In this document: piece after piece, positions 19,899-29,806 of the stretch
How the letters are laid out: the number at the start of each line of letters is the position of its first letter
Position numbering within the stretch: position 1 is the first letter of the stretch
Source: an uncultured Candidatus Rokubacteria bacterium
GTDB lineage: Bacteria; Methylomirabilota; Methylomirabilia; Rokubacteriales; DASRDR01
Assembly (NCBI GenBank): GCA_963805625.1
Contig: CAWDVE010000016.1
Span: 1-64,000 of the forward strand
Direction of reading: 5' to 3'
Length of the DNA stretch: 64,000 bases
Program-made: the position numbers and the translations under genes
Notes under the pieces: model-generated
What the model saw: only the letters and a program-made list of their open reading frames with translations
What the model was told of the DNA's origin: nothing
Database searches by the model: none

Positions 19899-20870
19899 TC
19901 ACTGGCGCTCGGTACGCGGCACGGCGATCACGTGGCGAGGCCGTCGGCCCCGCGCTGCGTGCAGGACCGCCGACGCCACGGCGAGCGCCGTCATCTCGAG
20001 CGCGCGGTCCGAGGCGCCCGCCACGTGTGGCGACAGGACCACGTTCGACAGCGTCAGCAGCGGGTCGTCGGCCGGCACGGGCTCCTGCGGAAACACGTCC
20101 AAACCGGCTCCGCCGAGCCGCCCGCTCGTCAGCGCCTCCACGAGTGCCTCGTGGTCGACGAGCGCCCCGCGCGCCGTGTTGATGAGTAAGGATCCCGGCT
20201 TCATGCGGCCGAGCTCGACCCGTCCGATGAGACCGCGAGTCTCCGGGCGGAGCGGCAGGTGGAGCGACAGCGCGTCCGCACGCTCCAGGAGCTCGCCGAG
20301 GCTCGCGCACGGCTCGATGCCGAGTCGCCGCAGGCGTTCGGGCTCTGCCGACGGCGAGTAGCCGCACACGCGCATGCCGAGTCCCGCGCGTGCGATCCGG
20401 GCGGTGGCGCGCCCGATCCGCCCGCACCCCACGACCCCAAGGGTCCGGCCGCGGAGCTCGGTGAGCCGCAGCGTGTACCGGGCGTCGAACGCCCCCGCGC
20501 GGACCGCGTGGTCGGCAGCCAGCGTCTCCTTGGCGAGCGCGAGCAAGAGCGCGATCGCATGCTCGGCGACCGACCATGCGTTGGCGACTGGCGTGTTGCA
20601 GACGACGATCCCCTTCCCCGCCGCGTGCGCCACGTCCACGGGGTCGTGGCCGACCCCGTGGATCACGATGAGCTTGAGCCGGGACGCGGCGTCGATCGCG
20701 ACCGCGCTCAGGCCAGCGTTGCGGGTGACGACGGCGTCGGCGGCCCCGACCTCCGCCGCCACCGTCGCCATGTCCGCTCGCGACGCCTGGCGGACGCCGA
20801 GCCCGGCCGCCCGGAGCCGGGCGATCCCGGCACCGTGGATTGGCTGGACCAGGAAGACGTCCCGGATCAC
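19899..20870 (-). CDS. D-isomer-specific 2-hydroxyacid dehydrogenase (SerA-like)
   Basis: GVVGCGRIG, INTARG, LDVFPQEP, SPHVAG; GTGA overlap. Confidence 0.9.
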   Translation of the reverse strand: MIRDVFLVQPIHGAGIARLRAAGLGVRQASRADMATVAAEVGAADAVVTRNAGLSAVAIDAASRLKLIVIHGVGHDPVDVAHAAGKGIVVCNTPVANAWSVAEHAIALLLALAKETLAADHAVRAGAFDARYTLRLTELRGRTLGVVGCGRIGRATARIARAGLGMRVCGYSPSAEPERLRRLGIEPCASLGELLERADALSLHLPLRPETRGLIGRVELGRMKPGSLLINTARGALVDHEALVEALTSGRLGGAGLDVFPQEPVPADDPLLTLSNVVLSPHVAGASDRALEMTALAVASAVLHAARGRRPRHVIAVPRTERQ

Positions 20871-22054
20871 CGCTCCAGGAGGCCGCCCGGAAGCGCGCTC
20901 AGCCGTCGAGCGCCCTCGGGCGTGACCAAGACGGTCTCGCTCACCGCCACGGTCCACTGCGCGTACTCGCGAAGGGTGATCGGCACGTGGAAGACCATGC
21001 CGGGCGCGAGCACCACGTCGACACCCCGATAGAGGCTCAGAATGTTCCCCTCGCCCCAGTCCGGGGCGAAGGAGATCCCGATGCTGTAGCCGGTCCGCTT
21101 GCGGTAGCCGAAGGTGTAGCCGTGCCGGTCGATGACGGCCTGGACCGCCTGATGGACGTCGGCACAGGTGCGGCCTGGCTTGAGCTGGGCCATGGCCGCG
21201 GCCAGCCCCTCCTCGCAGACGCGGTACATGTCGCGCGCCCGGTCGGGAATCTTACCGATGGCGACCGTCCGGTAGAGCGCCGCATGGTAGCGGTTGTAGC
21301 AGGCGGAGGTCTCCAGGATCACGACATCGCCGGGCTCGATCCGCCGACGGCGCCACGTCGTGTGCGGGATGCCCGAGCGCGGGCCGGAGGTGACGAACGG
21401 CTCCATGCCGACGTACTCACTCCCCGCCCTCACGGCGGCGGCCATGATGGCCGCGGCGACGTCGTTCTCCGAGGCGCCCGCGCGGGTGGCCTCGAGGCCG
21501 GCCTGCATCCCGGCGTCGTTCGCCCGCGCGGCCTCCTCCATCTGCCGGAGCTCGAGCGGCGACTTCACGCGCCGCAGCTCCTCCACGAGCCCCGAGGCGT
21601 CGAACAGCGGGCCGAACTCCTTCACCAAGCGCTGGTGGAGATTGACGGTCAGGAACCAGGCGTTCTGGTCGATGGCCACCCGCTTGCCCTTCCAGCCGCG
21701 GGCGGCCAGGACCTGGGCCACCGCCGCCGCCGGGTTCGCGTCGTCCGGGTAGCCGCTGATGTCGGTGAGGTAGGTGTTGGCCCGCGCGTTCATCGACTCG
21801 AGCCCGCGCAGCACGTGAAACGGCTCGCCCGTCGCCGGAATGGCCAGGCACTGGAACGTGTAGTACCCGGGAGTCTGCTGCCCGCTCAGGTAGAACACGT
21901 TCTCCGGGCCCGAGGTGAGGTAGAGGTCGATGCCGCGGGCCGCCATGCGCTCCCGCAGCGCGGCCTGCCGGCGCGCGAACTCCTCCCGGGGAAACGCGGC
22001 TTCCGAGCCCGAGGGCACGAGGTCGAGCAGCTTCTGGATGTCGGGGTCGAGCAT
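20867..22054 (-). CDS. M24-fold hydrolase, creatinase / ectoine hydrolase (DoeA)-like
   Basis: Creatinase N-domain (PENVFYLSG), VKSPLEL, GIPHTTW, RTGYSIG, PGMVFH. Confidence 0.85.
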   Translation of the reverse strand: MLDPDIQKLLDLVPSGSEAAFPREEFARRQAALRERMAARGIDLYLTSGPENVFYLSGQQTPGYYTFQCLAIPATGEPFHVLRGLESMNARANTYLTDISGYPDDANPAAAVAQVLAARGWKGKRVAIDQNAWFLTVNLHQRLVKEFGPLFDASGLVEELRRVKSPLELRQMEEAARANDAGMQAGLEATRAGASENDVAAAIMAAAVRAGSEYVGMEPFVTSGPRSGIPHTTWRRRRIEPGDVVILETSACYNRYHAALYRTVAIGKIPDRARDMYRVCEEGLAAAMAQLKPGRTCADVHQAVQAVIDRHGYTFGYRKRTGYSIGISFAPDWGEGNILSLYRGVDVVLAPGMVFHVPITLREYAQWTVAVSETVLVTPEGARRLSALPGGLLER

Positions 22055-22071
22055 CTGGGGGCCTCCTGGCA

Positions 22072-23349
22072 CTAGGGGGTCGATGAGGGTGGAGCGAGCA
22101 CCGCGTCGAGGCGCAGGACCAGCTCCAGCAGCACGCGGCTGCCGGCCGCCAGGTGCGCGGGCTCTGCCCACTCCTCGGGACAGTGGCTGCGCCCGTCGCG
22201 GCACGCGATGAACAGCATGCCGATCGGGCACAGCCGGGCGATGTGATTCGCGTCGTGGCTGGCTCCGCTCGTGAGCCGCGCGAACGGCACCCGGACGCTC
22301 TCGGCCGCCGCCGCCGCGTGCTGGATCATCTCGGCGTCGATGTGGAGCGGCTCCTCGTGGACGATGGGAATGATGTCGATCGCTACGTTGCGGCTCCGCG
22401 CGACCTCGGCGACACCGGCCTCGAACCGCGCGAGCGTGTCGGCGATCGCCGCGGGGTGGATCCCGCGAAAGTCGGCGAGGAGTTCGACCTCGCCCGGCAC
22501 GATGTTCACCATGTTCGGATGGACGGTCAGCGCGCCGACGGTGCCGACTATGCCGCGGCCCGCCTCGCGCGCGAGCCGCTCGACGAGGAGGACGAGCTCG
22601 GCCGCCGGGACGAGCGCGTCCTTCCGCACGGCCATGGGCGTCCCGCCCGCGTGGTCCTGCCGCCCCCGGACGGTGACGCGGAACCGGCTCGGCGCCGCGA
22701 TCGCCGTGACGACACCCACGGGCAGGCCGGCGCGGTCCAGCGAGGCCGATTGCTCGATGTGAAGCTCCAGGTAGCGCGCGATGCTGCCGGGCTCGCGGCG
22801 GGCCTCGCCGAGGCTGGCGGCGCGGCCGCCGACCGTGTCGATGGCGTCGCCGAGGCTCGCGCCGCGCCGGTCGCGGAGCGCGGCGACCGTCTCGGCGCCG
22901 ATCCGGCCGCTCATGGCGCGGCTGCCGATCGTCGAGAGTCCGAAGTCGGACGGTTCTTCGCACGTGAAGTTCACGACCTCGAGGGGGCGCCCGAGCCGAT
23001 GCCCCGCCTCGTGGAGACAGCGCGCCACCTCGAGCCCGGCCAGGACGCCGGCGATCCCGTCGAACCGCCCGCCGGCCTGGACGGTGTCGAGATGCGAGCC
23101 CGTCATGATCGACGGGCCGTCCTGGCGGCCCGGCAGGCGGCCGATCACGTTGGCGGCGGCGTCCACCGTCACCGCGAGCCCCGCCGCCCGCATCTCGGCC
23201 GCGACCCAGGCGCGCGCGGCGCGATCCTCGTCGGAGAAGGCGCGGCGCGTGTACGGGACGTCGGGGCGCGTCATCCGCGTCAGCGCGTCGATGTCGGCCT
23301 GGAGCCGCTCGGCGCTCGGCTGCGGAAGGTCCTGCGACAGGGCGCTCAT
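22072..23349 (-). CDS. M20 Zn-dependent amidohydrolase (N-carbamoyl amino acid / allantoate amidohydrolase family)
   Basis: GSHLDTV, GRFDGIAG, EE, ELHIEQ, HAGGTPM, SGASHDA, SHCPEE. Confidence 0.92.
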   Translation of the reverse strand: MSALSQDLPQPSAERLQADIDALTRMTRPDVPYTRRAFSDEDRAARAWVAAEMRAAGLAVTVDAAANVIGRLPGRQDGPSIMTGSHLDTVQAGGRFDGIAGVLAGLEVARCLHEAGHRLGRPLEVVNFTCEEPSDFGLSTIGSRAMSGRIGAETVAALRDRRGASLGDAIDTVGGRAASLGEARREPGSIARYLELHIEQSASLDRAGLPVGVVTAIAAPSRFRVTVRGRQDHAGGTPMAVRKDALVPAAELVLLVERLAREAGRGIVGTVGALTVHPNMVNIVPGEVELLADFRGIHPAAIADTLARFEAGVAEVARSRNVAIDIIPIVHEEPLHIDAEMIQHAAAAAESVRVPFARLTSGASHDANHIARLCPIGMLFIACRDGRSHCPEEWAEPAHLAAGSRVLLELVLRLDAVLAPPSSTP

Positions 23350-23389
23350 GCCGTCCTCCTTCCGTCGCGCGCCGACTCTGCGAATCGGG

Positions 23390-24424
23390 TCAGGAGAGCC
23401 CCTCCACGAAGGCTCGCGCCTCTCGGAACCGCGAGCGAAGCTTTCCCCGCGCGGGGTCGCCTTCGATCAGCGGATTCACCACCGTGTACCACGGCACGAC
23501 GTCCCGTGCGTACTCGGGCAGCGCGAGCACGGCGGCCTCGACATCGACCCAGCTCGTGCCGACGTCGGCGGGCTGGATCGGCACGCCGGCAGCCCGGATG
23601 GTTGCGGCCGCGCGCTCCGGCGCGTTGCCTTGAAGGTGCGCCATGATCAGCACGCCCAGGCTCACGATCTCCCCGTGCAACAGGCGGCGGCCCGTCCGCT
23701 CCTCGAGACACCACGCCAGAAGGTGCTCGGACGCGGCGTTGAAACGCGCCTGGGGTAGCCGGAGGAACGTCGGCGCGAATCGCTCGCCCATGGCGAGGAG
23801 CCCGACGAACGCGTCGAGCCGCTCGGCGCCGACGTCCGGAGCGAGCCTCGCCAGCCGATCGAGCTCCTGCCGCGTCCGGTCCCGCACGGCCGGATCCCAG
23901 TCGACCACGCGGCCCGCCCGGTGGGCGAGCTCCCAGTCCACCAGCGCCGAGTGGCTCGACAGGAGGTCGCCGATCCCGGCCCGGTTCAGCCGGCCGGGCG
24001 CCCAGGCGATCAGGTCGTGGTCGACGATGACGGCCTCCGGCACCGGCCCGTCGCGCATCGGCGCGCGCCGGCCGTGCTCCAGGCACCCGCTGGTGCACGT
24101 GAAGCACGCATTGTTGGACGCGCTGGACGGCACCTGGACCAGCGGCACGCCGAGCCGCCACGCGACGAACTTGGCGGCGTCGAGCGCGAGGCCGCCGCCG
24201 AGACCGACGGCACGGTCCACGCCGCGGAGCTCGGCCGCCACCCCGTCCAGGTCGGCGCGCTCCAGGGACGCCACGCGGGCGACCCGCGCCGGCGCCACGG
24301 CGAGCATCGGCTCCGCGAGCGTCCACGGCGATCGCGTGGTCACGACGCCGAACCCGCCCCATCCCGCGCTCGCCGCGCGGAGGGCGCCGGGACCTGCAGT
24401 CATCGGGGGCCAGGCGGCCGTCAT
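23390..24424 (-). CDS. Glycerol-1-phosphate dehydrogenase-like (DHQS / Fe-ADH superfamily) oxidoreductase
   Basis: GLGGGLALDAAKF, AGIGDLLS, SEH, LLHGEIV. Confidence 0.75.
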   Translation of the reverse strand: MTAAWPPMTAGPGALRAASAGWGGFGVVTTRSPWTLAEPMLAVAPARVARVASLERADLDGVAAELRGVDRAVGLGGGLALDAAKFVAWRLGVPLVQVPSSASNNACFTCTSGCLEHGRRAPMRDGPVPEAVIVDHDLIAWAPGRLNRAGIGDLLSSHSALVDWELAHRAGRVVDWDPAVRDRTRQELDRLARLAPDVGAERLDAFVGLLAMGERFAPTFLRLPQARFNAASEHLLAWCLEERTGRRLLHGEIVSLGVLIMAHLQGNAPERAAATIRAAGVPIQPADVGTSWVDVEAAVLALPEYARDVVPWYTVVNPLIEGDPARGKLRSRFREARAFVEGLS

Positions 24425-25644
24425 GCGTGCGGGGAGCGCCGCCCGAGGACCGCGATCGCGACCAGGATGGCGGCGGCGAAGAGGACAGCCATCGCGAGCC
24501 CCGTTGCGCGGAAGCCGTGACGGCCGATCAGCCAGCCCACGCTCCCGGGCGCGATGATGTACGCGAAGTCCGACACGAGACGATAGACGCCGGCCGCGGG
24601 TCCCCGGAATCCGCCCGGCAGCCGCTCGGCCAGCAGGACGGGTGGGACCATCCACGCCGTGAGACCCAGGATCAGGAGCGTGGCGGCGGCGCCGAAGCCG
24701 GCCACGCTTGCCGTCGCCGGGATGGACGCCGCCCCTGCGAGCATCAGCAGAAAGCCCGCGACGAGCACGCGCACGCGTCCGAGCGCGTCCGCCGCCCAGC
24801 CCACCGGCACGAGGACCGCCGCCTCGATCGCGTAGGCGATTGACAGCGTGCGGCCCAGCACGTCGGTCGAGAGTCCCAGGGCGCGCCCGCCATACAGCGG
24901 GAGGAGCGTTCCGATGCCGCCAGCCCAGGCCACCGCCAGGGTGAAGGAGGCGAGGTAGATGGCGAGCACCGCCCCCCACGGGAATCGCCCGCCAGGTGCG
25001 GCGGACGCGCGAACCACCGGGGCCGGGCGACCGAGTTCGCGGAGCGCCGGCCCCAGCCGGAGGATGGTGAGAGTCCACGCGGCCAGGATGGCGAGGGCGG
25101 CCAGCCCGAACCCCCACCGCCAGCCGAGCTGCGCCGCCGCGTGGCCTCCCAACCACGCGCTCAGCGCCGTCCCGCCGATCACCCCGATCTCGTAGACGTT
25201 ACCGCGCCGGGTGCGCGAGGCGGCCGGCCCTCGACGCATCACGAAGAGGATCGACACCACGATCGTCAGGCCGGACCCGATGCCGACCAGGGCCCGCGCG
25301 AGCAGCATGAACGGGAGCGAGGGCGCCCACGCCGACAGGAGGGTGCCGCCGAAGAGGCACGCGATCCCCGCGTGAAGGATCGGAAGCGGGCCCCGACGCT
25401 CCGTCAGGAGGCCAGCTGGCAGGTCGGTCACGAACCGGGCCAGGCCGAACGCGGAGCCTAGGAGCCCGACGGTCGCGAACTCGAGCCCCAGTCCATCCAT
25501 GATCTGCGGGAGGAGCGGGGGGAACACGCCCTGGCCGAAGTTCAGGAGACCGTACGCGACGGTGAACCAGACGAACGCCCCGTCCCGCGTCCGGACGGCC
25601 GGTGCGGCGGTCGCGGCGTGGACGAGCGCAGGCTTGTCCGCCAC
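24421..25644 (-). CDS. MFS transporter
   Basis: About 12 TM segments, GLLTERRG / GWAADALGR motif A variants. Confidence 0.88.
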   Translation of the reverse strand: MADKPALVHAATAAPAVRTRDGAFVWFTVAYGLLNFGQGVFPPLLPQIMDGLGLEFATVGLLGSAFGLARFVTDLPAGLLTERRGPLPILHAGIACLFGGTLLSAWAPSLPFMLLARALVGIGSGLTIVVSILFVMRRGPAASRTRRGNVYEIGVIGGTALSAWLGGHAAAQLGWRWGFGLAALAILAAWTLTILRLGPALRELGRPAPVVRASAAPGGRFPWGAVLAIYLASFTLAVAWAGGIGTLLPLYGGRALGLSTDVLGRTLSIAYAIEAAVLVPVGWAADALGRVRVLVAGFLLMLAGAASIPATASVAGFGAAATLLILGLTAWMVPPVLLAERLPGGFRGPAAGVYRLVSDFAYIIAPGSVGWLIGRHGFRATGLAMAVLFAAAILVAIAVLGRRSPHA

Positions 25645-25650
25645 GGAGGA

Positions 25651-26802
25651 TCAGGCCAGGAGCCGCCGCAAGAGAGCCGCGTACACCTGGCGGCCCGCCT
25701 CGAGCTCGGCGAGCTCGATGTACTCGTCGGCCTTGTGCGCGCGGTCGATGTCGCCCGGCCCCAGGATGACCGCCTCGGCGCCGAGACCGCGGAAGTGCGT
25801 CATGTCGCAGCCGAATCCCGCGCCGTAGACCGCGCCCGGCGCGCCGGTGACCTCACCCACGGCCTCCACCGCGAGCCCGACCAGGCGCGCGCCGCGCGGC
25901 GTTTCCGATGGCGGGCCGCTCGTGGGCAAGTACCCCTCGATCGCCACCTGGAGCGCGGGATCCTCGGCGCGCAGCCGGGCCAGCAGCGCCTCGAGGTCGG
26001 CCACGACTTCGTCCTGGCGCTCGCCCGGGACCATGCGGCGATCGAGCACGATCTCGCAGCGGTCCGGCACCGCGCTCTCCTTGTGGCCGCCCGTGATGAG
26101 GGTCACGGCGCCGCTCGGCGGGCCGATGAGGGGATGCGCGCGCCCGTCGAGTCCCTCGCAGTACGCCTCCAGCGCCGCGAGAACCTTCCGCATCTTGAAG
26201 ATGGCGTTCACCCCGAGCTGCGGGGTCGACGAGTGGGCCGAACGGCCGCGGACCATGATCCGGGGCCGCAGGCTCCCGCGGTGCGCGATGCCGACCCGCA
26301 GCCGGGTCGGCTCGCCGATCACCGCGTAGTCCACCGACAGCCCCTTCACGACCGCCCGCGCGCCGAGGCTCCCGAGCTCCTCGTCGGCGACCGCGGTGAA
26401 GACGAGATCACCCTGGATCGGCGTGCCCGTCCGGACGAGCCCCTCGATGGCGCCCAGCATGGCGACGATCTGACCCTTCGCGTCGCCGGCGCCGATTCCC
26501 CACACGCATCCGTCACGGATCTCGCCGCCAAACGGGTCCACGGTCCAGCCGTCGCTGATCGGCACCGTGTCCAGATGCGTGTTGAGGGCGACGACGGGCC
26601 GACGCTCGCGACCCCGGAGCCAGGCAACGACGTTCGGGCGCCCCGGGGCCGCGTCGGGCGTCTCCACCTCGAGACCGAGCTCGCGACAGCGCTCCGCCAC
26701 GTAGGCGGCGACCCGCGTCTCGCCGTCGCCAGGGTTCTGGCTGGGCAGCCGGATCAGGTCGACGAGCTGCTGAACGAGGGGTTGCTGCACAGCGGTGGTC
26801 AT
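25651..26802 (-). CDS. M20 ArgE/DapE-family deacylase
   Basis: NTHLDTVP, GIGAGDAKG, DEE, GEPT, AHKADE. Confidence 0.9.
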   Translation of the reverse strand: MTTAVQQPLVQQLVDLIRLPSQNPGDGETRVAAYVAERCRELGLEVETPDAAPGRPNVVAWLRGRERRPVVALNTHLDTVPISDGWTVDPFGGEIRDGCVWGIGAGDAKGQIVAMLGAIEGLVRTGTPIQGDLVFTAVADEELGSLGARAVVKGLSVDYAVIGEPTRLRVGIAHRGSLRPRIMVRGRSAHSSTPQLGVNAIFKMRKVLAALEAYCEGLDGRAHPLIGPPSGAVTLITGGHKESAVPDRCEIVLDRRMVPGERQDEVVADLEALLARLRAEDPALQVAIEGYLPTSGPPSETPRGARLVGLAVEAVGEVTGAPGAVYGAGFGCDMTHFRGLGAEAVILGPGDIDRAHKADEYIELAELEAGRQVYAALLRRLLA

Positions 26803-27917
26803 CTCGTGACCCTGCCGGTGACGGCGCCAGCCGGCTTGAGCCTCGACACGTCGAGGGTGACACCGAGCCCGGGCCCCTCGGCGATCGTGGCGACGCCGTG
26901 CCGGAGCGCGAACCCGCTGGCCGGATCCTCCACGAGCCCCTCCGATCCGTAGAGCTCGAGATACCGGGCCTTCACGGCGAGCCCGCAGTGCGCGGCCGCC
27001 GCCGTGGCGAGCCCGCCCTCGTTCGTCTGGCCGATCATCAGCTCGAGGCCTCCCGTCTCCGCGACTGCCGCCGCCCGCCACAGCCCGGCGATTCCCCCCA
27101 GCTTGATCAGCTTCAGGTGCAGGAGGTCGACGACGCGGTCGCGCGCGAGCACGAGGACGTCGTCGAGCGATTGCACGCTCTCGTCCGCCATGATCGGGAT
27201 GTCCGTGTGCTGCGTGACGTGGCGAAGGCCGGCCAGGTCCCGATAGTGCACCGGCTGCTCCACGTATGCGAGATCGAACGGCTCGAGCTGGCGAAGGTGC
27301 GCCACCGCCTCGCGCGCCGTCCACGCCATGTTGAGGTCGATCGCCAGTGAGATGTCGGGCCCGATCGCCTCCCGGACCGCCCGGAGGCGGTCGACATCCC
27401 GCTGGAACGGCCGGAGTCCCGCGCGCACCTTGAGGTAACGGAATCCCTCGGCGACGAACGACGCGGCCTGAAGCGCGGCGGCGTCGGGCGGCCCGTAGAA
27501 GATGGACTGATTGCTCGGCAGGCTCTCGCGAACGGCGCCGCCGAGGAGCTCGAAAACGGGCACCCCATAGAGCCGGCCGACCAGGTCGTGGAGCGCCATG
27601 TCGAGGGCCGACCGCGCCCCATGGGCACCGACGACCGTCCGATCCAGGTCCGCGAGCAGGGCATGCCAGTCGCGAGGGTCGCGCCCCACGAGCTTCGGAC
27701 CCAGGTGCTGGAGGACCTCCGCGACCACCCGATCGGGCGTGTCGCCGGTGAGGTAGTGGGAGTTCCCGCGCGCTTCTCCGTGCCCCGATGGCCCCTCGTC
27801 GGTCAGGAGGCGGACGTAGACCTCCTCGAGCGCTCGCACCGAGCCCGACGCGAAGTGCTCGAACGGGGTCTCGAGCGGCAGGTCCGTCCGGTACACCTCG
27901 ACCGTGGTGATCTTCAC
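26799..27917 (-). CDS. Enolase superfamily enzyme, muconate cycloisomerase (MLE) subgroup
   Basis: LKVRAG, DLNM, EQP, DES, LKLIK, ELYG. Confidence 0.88.
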   Translation of the reverse strand: MKITTVEVYRTDLPLETPFEHFASGSVRALEEVYVRLLTDEGPSGHGEARGNSHYLTGDTPDRVVAEVLQHLGPKLVGRDPRDWHALLADLDRTVVGAHGARSALDMALHDLVGRLYGVPVFELLGGAVRESLPSNQSIFYGPPDAAALQAASFVAEGFRYLKVRAGLRPFQRDVDRLRAVREAIGPDISLAIDLNMAWTAREAVAHLRQLEPFDLAYVEQPVHYRDLAGLRHVTQHTDIPIMADESVQSLDDVLVLARDRVVDLLHLKLIKLGGIAGLWRAAAVAETGGLELMIGQTNEGGLATAAAAHCGLAVKARYLELYGSEGLVEDPASGFALRHGVATIAEGPGLGVTLDVSRLKPAGAVTGRVTR

Positions 27918-29017
27918 GCGGCTCGCTCGAACGCCGGCTCGAGCCTGCGTTCGTCCGGCACGACGCCGAGGCCCGGCCCCTCGGGCACGACGAGGGCGCC
28001 CGACTCGTAGATGTGGCCCGGGGTGGGATCGGCGACGATGCCATCGGTCCCGTAGAGCTCCGTGTACTTCGGCGCCGAGGCGAGCGCCAGGTGCGCGGCC
28101 GCCGCCGTCGCCAGCATCCCCTCGTTCATCTGGCCGAGCACGTAGCCGAGCCGGGCCGCCTCTGCCAGCGCGATCAGCTGCCGCGCGCGGTGGAGCCCCC
28201 CCGCCTTCACCAGCTTCACGTGGAAGTAGCCGACGGCGCCGAGCCGGACCAGCGTCATGGCGTCCTCCAGCGAGTACAGGCTCTCGTCGGCCATGAGCGG
28301 CGTGTCCACGGCGCGCGCGACCTCGGCCATGCCGGTCAGGTCACGGGCCGCCACCGGCTGCTCCACGCAGTCGAGCCCGAAGCGCTCCAGCGCGTGGATC
28401 CGGCCGATGGCCTGCTTGACCGTCCACGCCTGGTTGGCGTCGACGGCGAGGCTGATCTCGTCGCCCACCGCCTCGCGCACCGCGCGGACCCGGGCGACGT
28501 CCAGCGCGAACGGCTCGAGCCCCACGCGAACCTTGAGGATGCGGAAGCCCTGCGCCACGTACGCCTGCGCCTGGGCCGCCGCCTCCCCGACCGGCCCGTA
28601 GAATAGGCATTCCGAGCCCGCCACCCGCTCGGCTCGGCGCCCACCGAGCCAGCGGTAGAGCGGGACGCCCGCCCTTCGGGCGGCGAGGTCGTGGAGCGCG
28701 ATGTCCAGGACGGCCTTGGCGGCGGCGTTCCCGGCGAGTGCCCGATCGAACTGGGCGATCGCCCCGCCCCGCTCGCGGAGCGGGCGGCCGACGACGAGCG
28801 GCGCGAGATAGTCGCGGAGGGCGGCGACGATGCCGGCCGGGCTCTCGCCGGAGAAGTACGACATGTTGCCCCGGACCTCGCCCCAGCCCACCTGCCCGTC
28901 ATCGGCGGTGAGCCGGACGAAGACCTCCTCCAGCGCCGTCACCCGGCCGGTGAAGTGGCTGAAGCCGGGCTCGAGCGGCAGCCGGGCCGTGAAAACCTCC
29001 AGGCGCCGGATCCTCAT
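27914..29017 (-). CDS. Enolase superfamily enzyme, MLE subgroup (paralog)
   Basis: LKVRVG, DANQ, EQP, DES, VKLVK, ELYG. Confidence 0.88.
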   Translation of the reverse strand: MRIRRLEVFTARLPLEPGFSHFTGRVTALEEVFVRLTADDGQVGWGEVRGNMSYFSGESPAGIVAALRDYLAPLVVGRPLRERGGAIAQFDRALAGNAAAKAVLDIALHDLAARRAGVPLYRWLGGRRAERVAGSECLFYGPVGEAAAQAQAYVAQGFRILKVRVGLEPFALDVARVRAVREAVGDEISLAVDANQAWTVKQAIGRIHALERFGLDCVEQPVAARDLTGMAEVARAVDTPLMADESLYSLEDAMTLVRLGAVGYFHVKLVKAGGLHRARQLIALAEAARLGYVLGQMNEGMLATAAAAHLALASAPKYTELYGTDGIVADPTPGHIYESGALVVPEGPGLGVVPDERRLEPAFERAA

Positions 29018-29799
29018 CGCGCGCCTGCCACACCGAAGAGCCCGCGCACCGACACCGCGCGCTCGACGATGGCGATGAGGACCACCGTCCACAGGATGAT
29101 CAGCGAGCAGATCGCGATGAGCCACGGATACATCGGCTGATCCCAGAGGTTGTAGATCCGGACGGGGAGCGTCACCATCCGCGGCGTCGCGAGGAAGATC
29201 GAGATCGTCACGTTGTCGAATGATGTGATGAAGGCAAACACCGCACCCGCCATGAGGCCGGGCCGGATCAGGGGCAGCGTGGCCAGCCGGAAGGCGCGCA
29301 GCGGCGGCGCCCCCAGATTGCGGGCCGCGCGCTCGATGGCCGGGTCGAGGCCGGTGAGACTGGCGGCAATCAGCCGGATGGCGTACGGCGTGGTCACGAT
29401 GACGTGTCCGAGCACGAGGCTCGTCGACGTCGACCCGATCCGGAGCTGGTTGTAGAACTGCAGCAGCGCGATTCCGATGACTACCGTCGGCAGGATCAGC
29501 GGGGACATGAAAAACGCGTTGACCAGCTCGCGCCCGGGAAACCGGTACCGAACCAGGGCGACCGCCACCGGGGCGCCGAGGACCGTCGCGAGGACGGCGG
29601 TGACGAGGGCAATCCCCAGGCTCAGCACGAACGAGTCGAGGAATTCCTGCTTGTGGAGCGCCTCCCCGTACCAGCGGAGCGTGAAGCCCTGCGGGGGGAA
29701 GGTCACGTAGCTGAGCGTGGTGAACGACGTCGTGACAATCGCCGCCAGCGGGACCAGCAGCAGGACGATCAGTGCGTAGGTGGCGACGCGAAGGACCAT
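29014..29799 (-). CDS. ABC transporter permease (PotC-like)
   Basis: FPPQGFTLRWY, EAA-like loop ERAARNLGA, FITSFD. Confidence 0.9.
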   Translation of the reverse strand: MVLRVATYALIVLLLVPLAAIVTTSFTTLSYVTFPPQGFTLRWYGEALHKQEFLDSFVLSLGIALVTAVLATVLGAPVAVALVRYRFPGRELVNAFFMSPLILPTVVIGIALLQFYNQLRIGSTSTSLVLGHVIVTTPYAIRLIAASLTGLDPAIERAARNLGAPPLRAFRLATLPLIRPGLMAGAVFAFITSFDNVTISIFLATPRMVTLPVRIYNLWDQPMYPWLIAICSLIILWTVVLIAIVERAVSVRGLFGVAGAR

Positions 29800-29806
29800 G
29801 GCCAGT

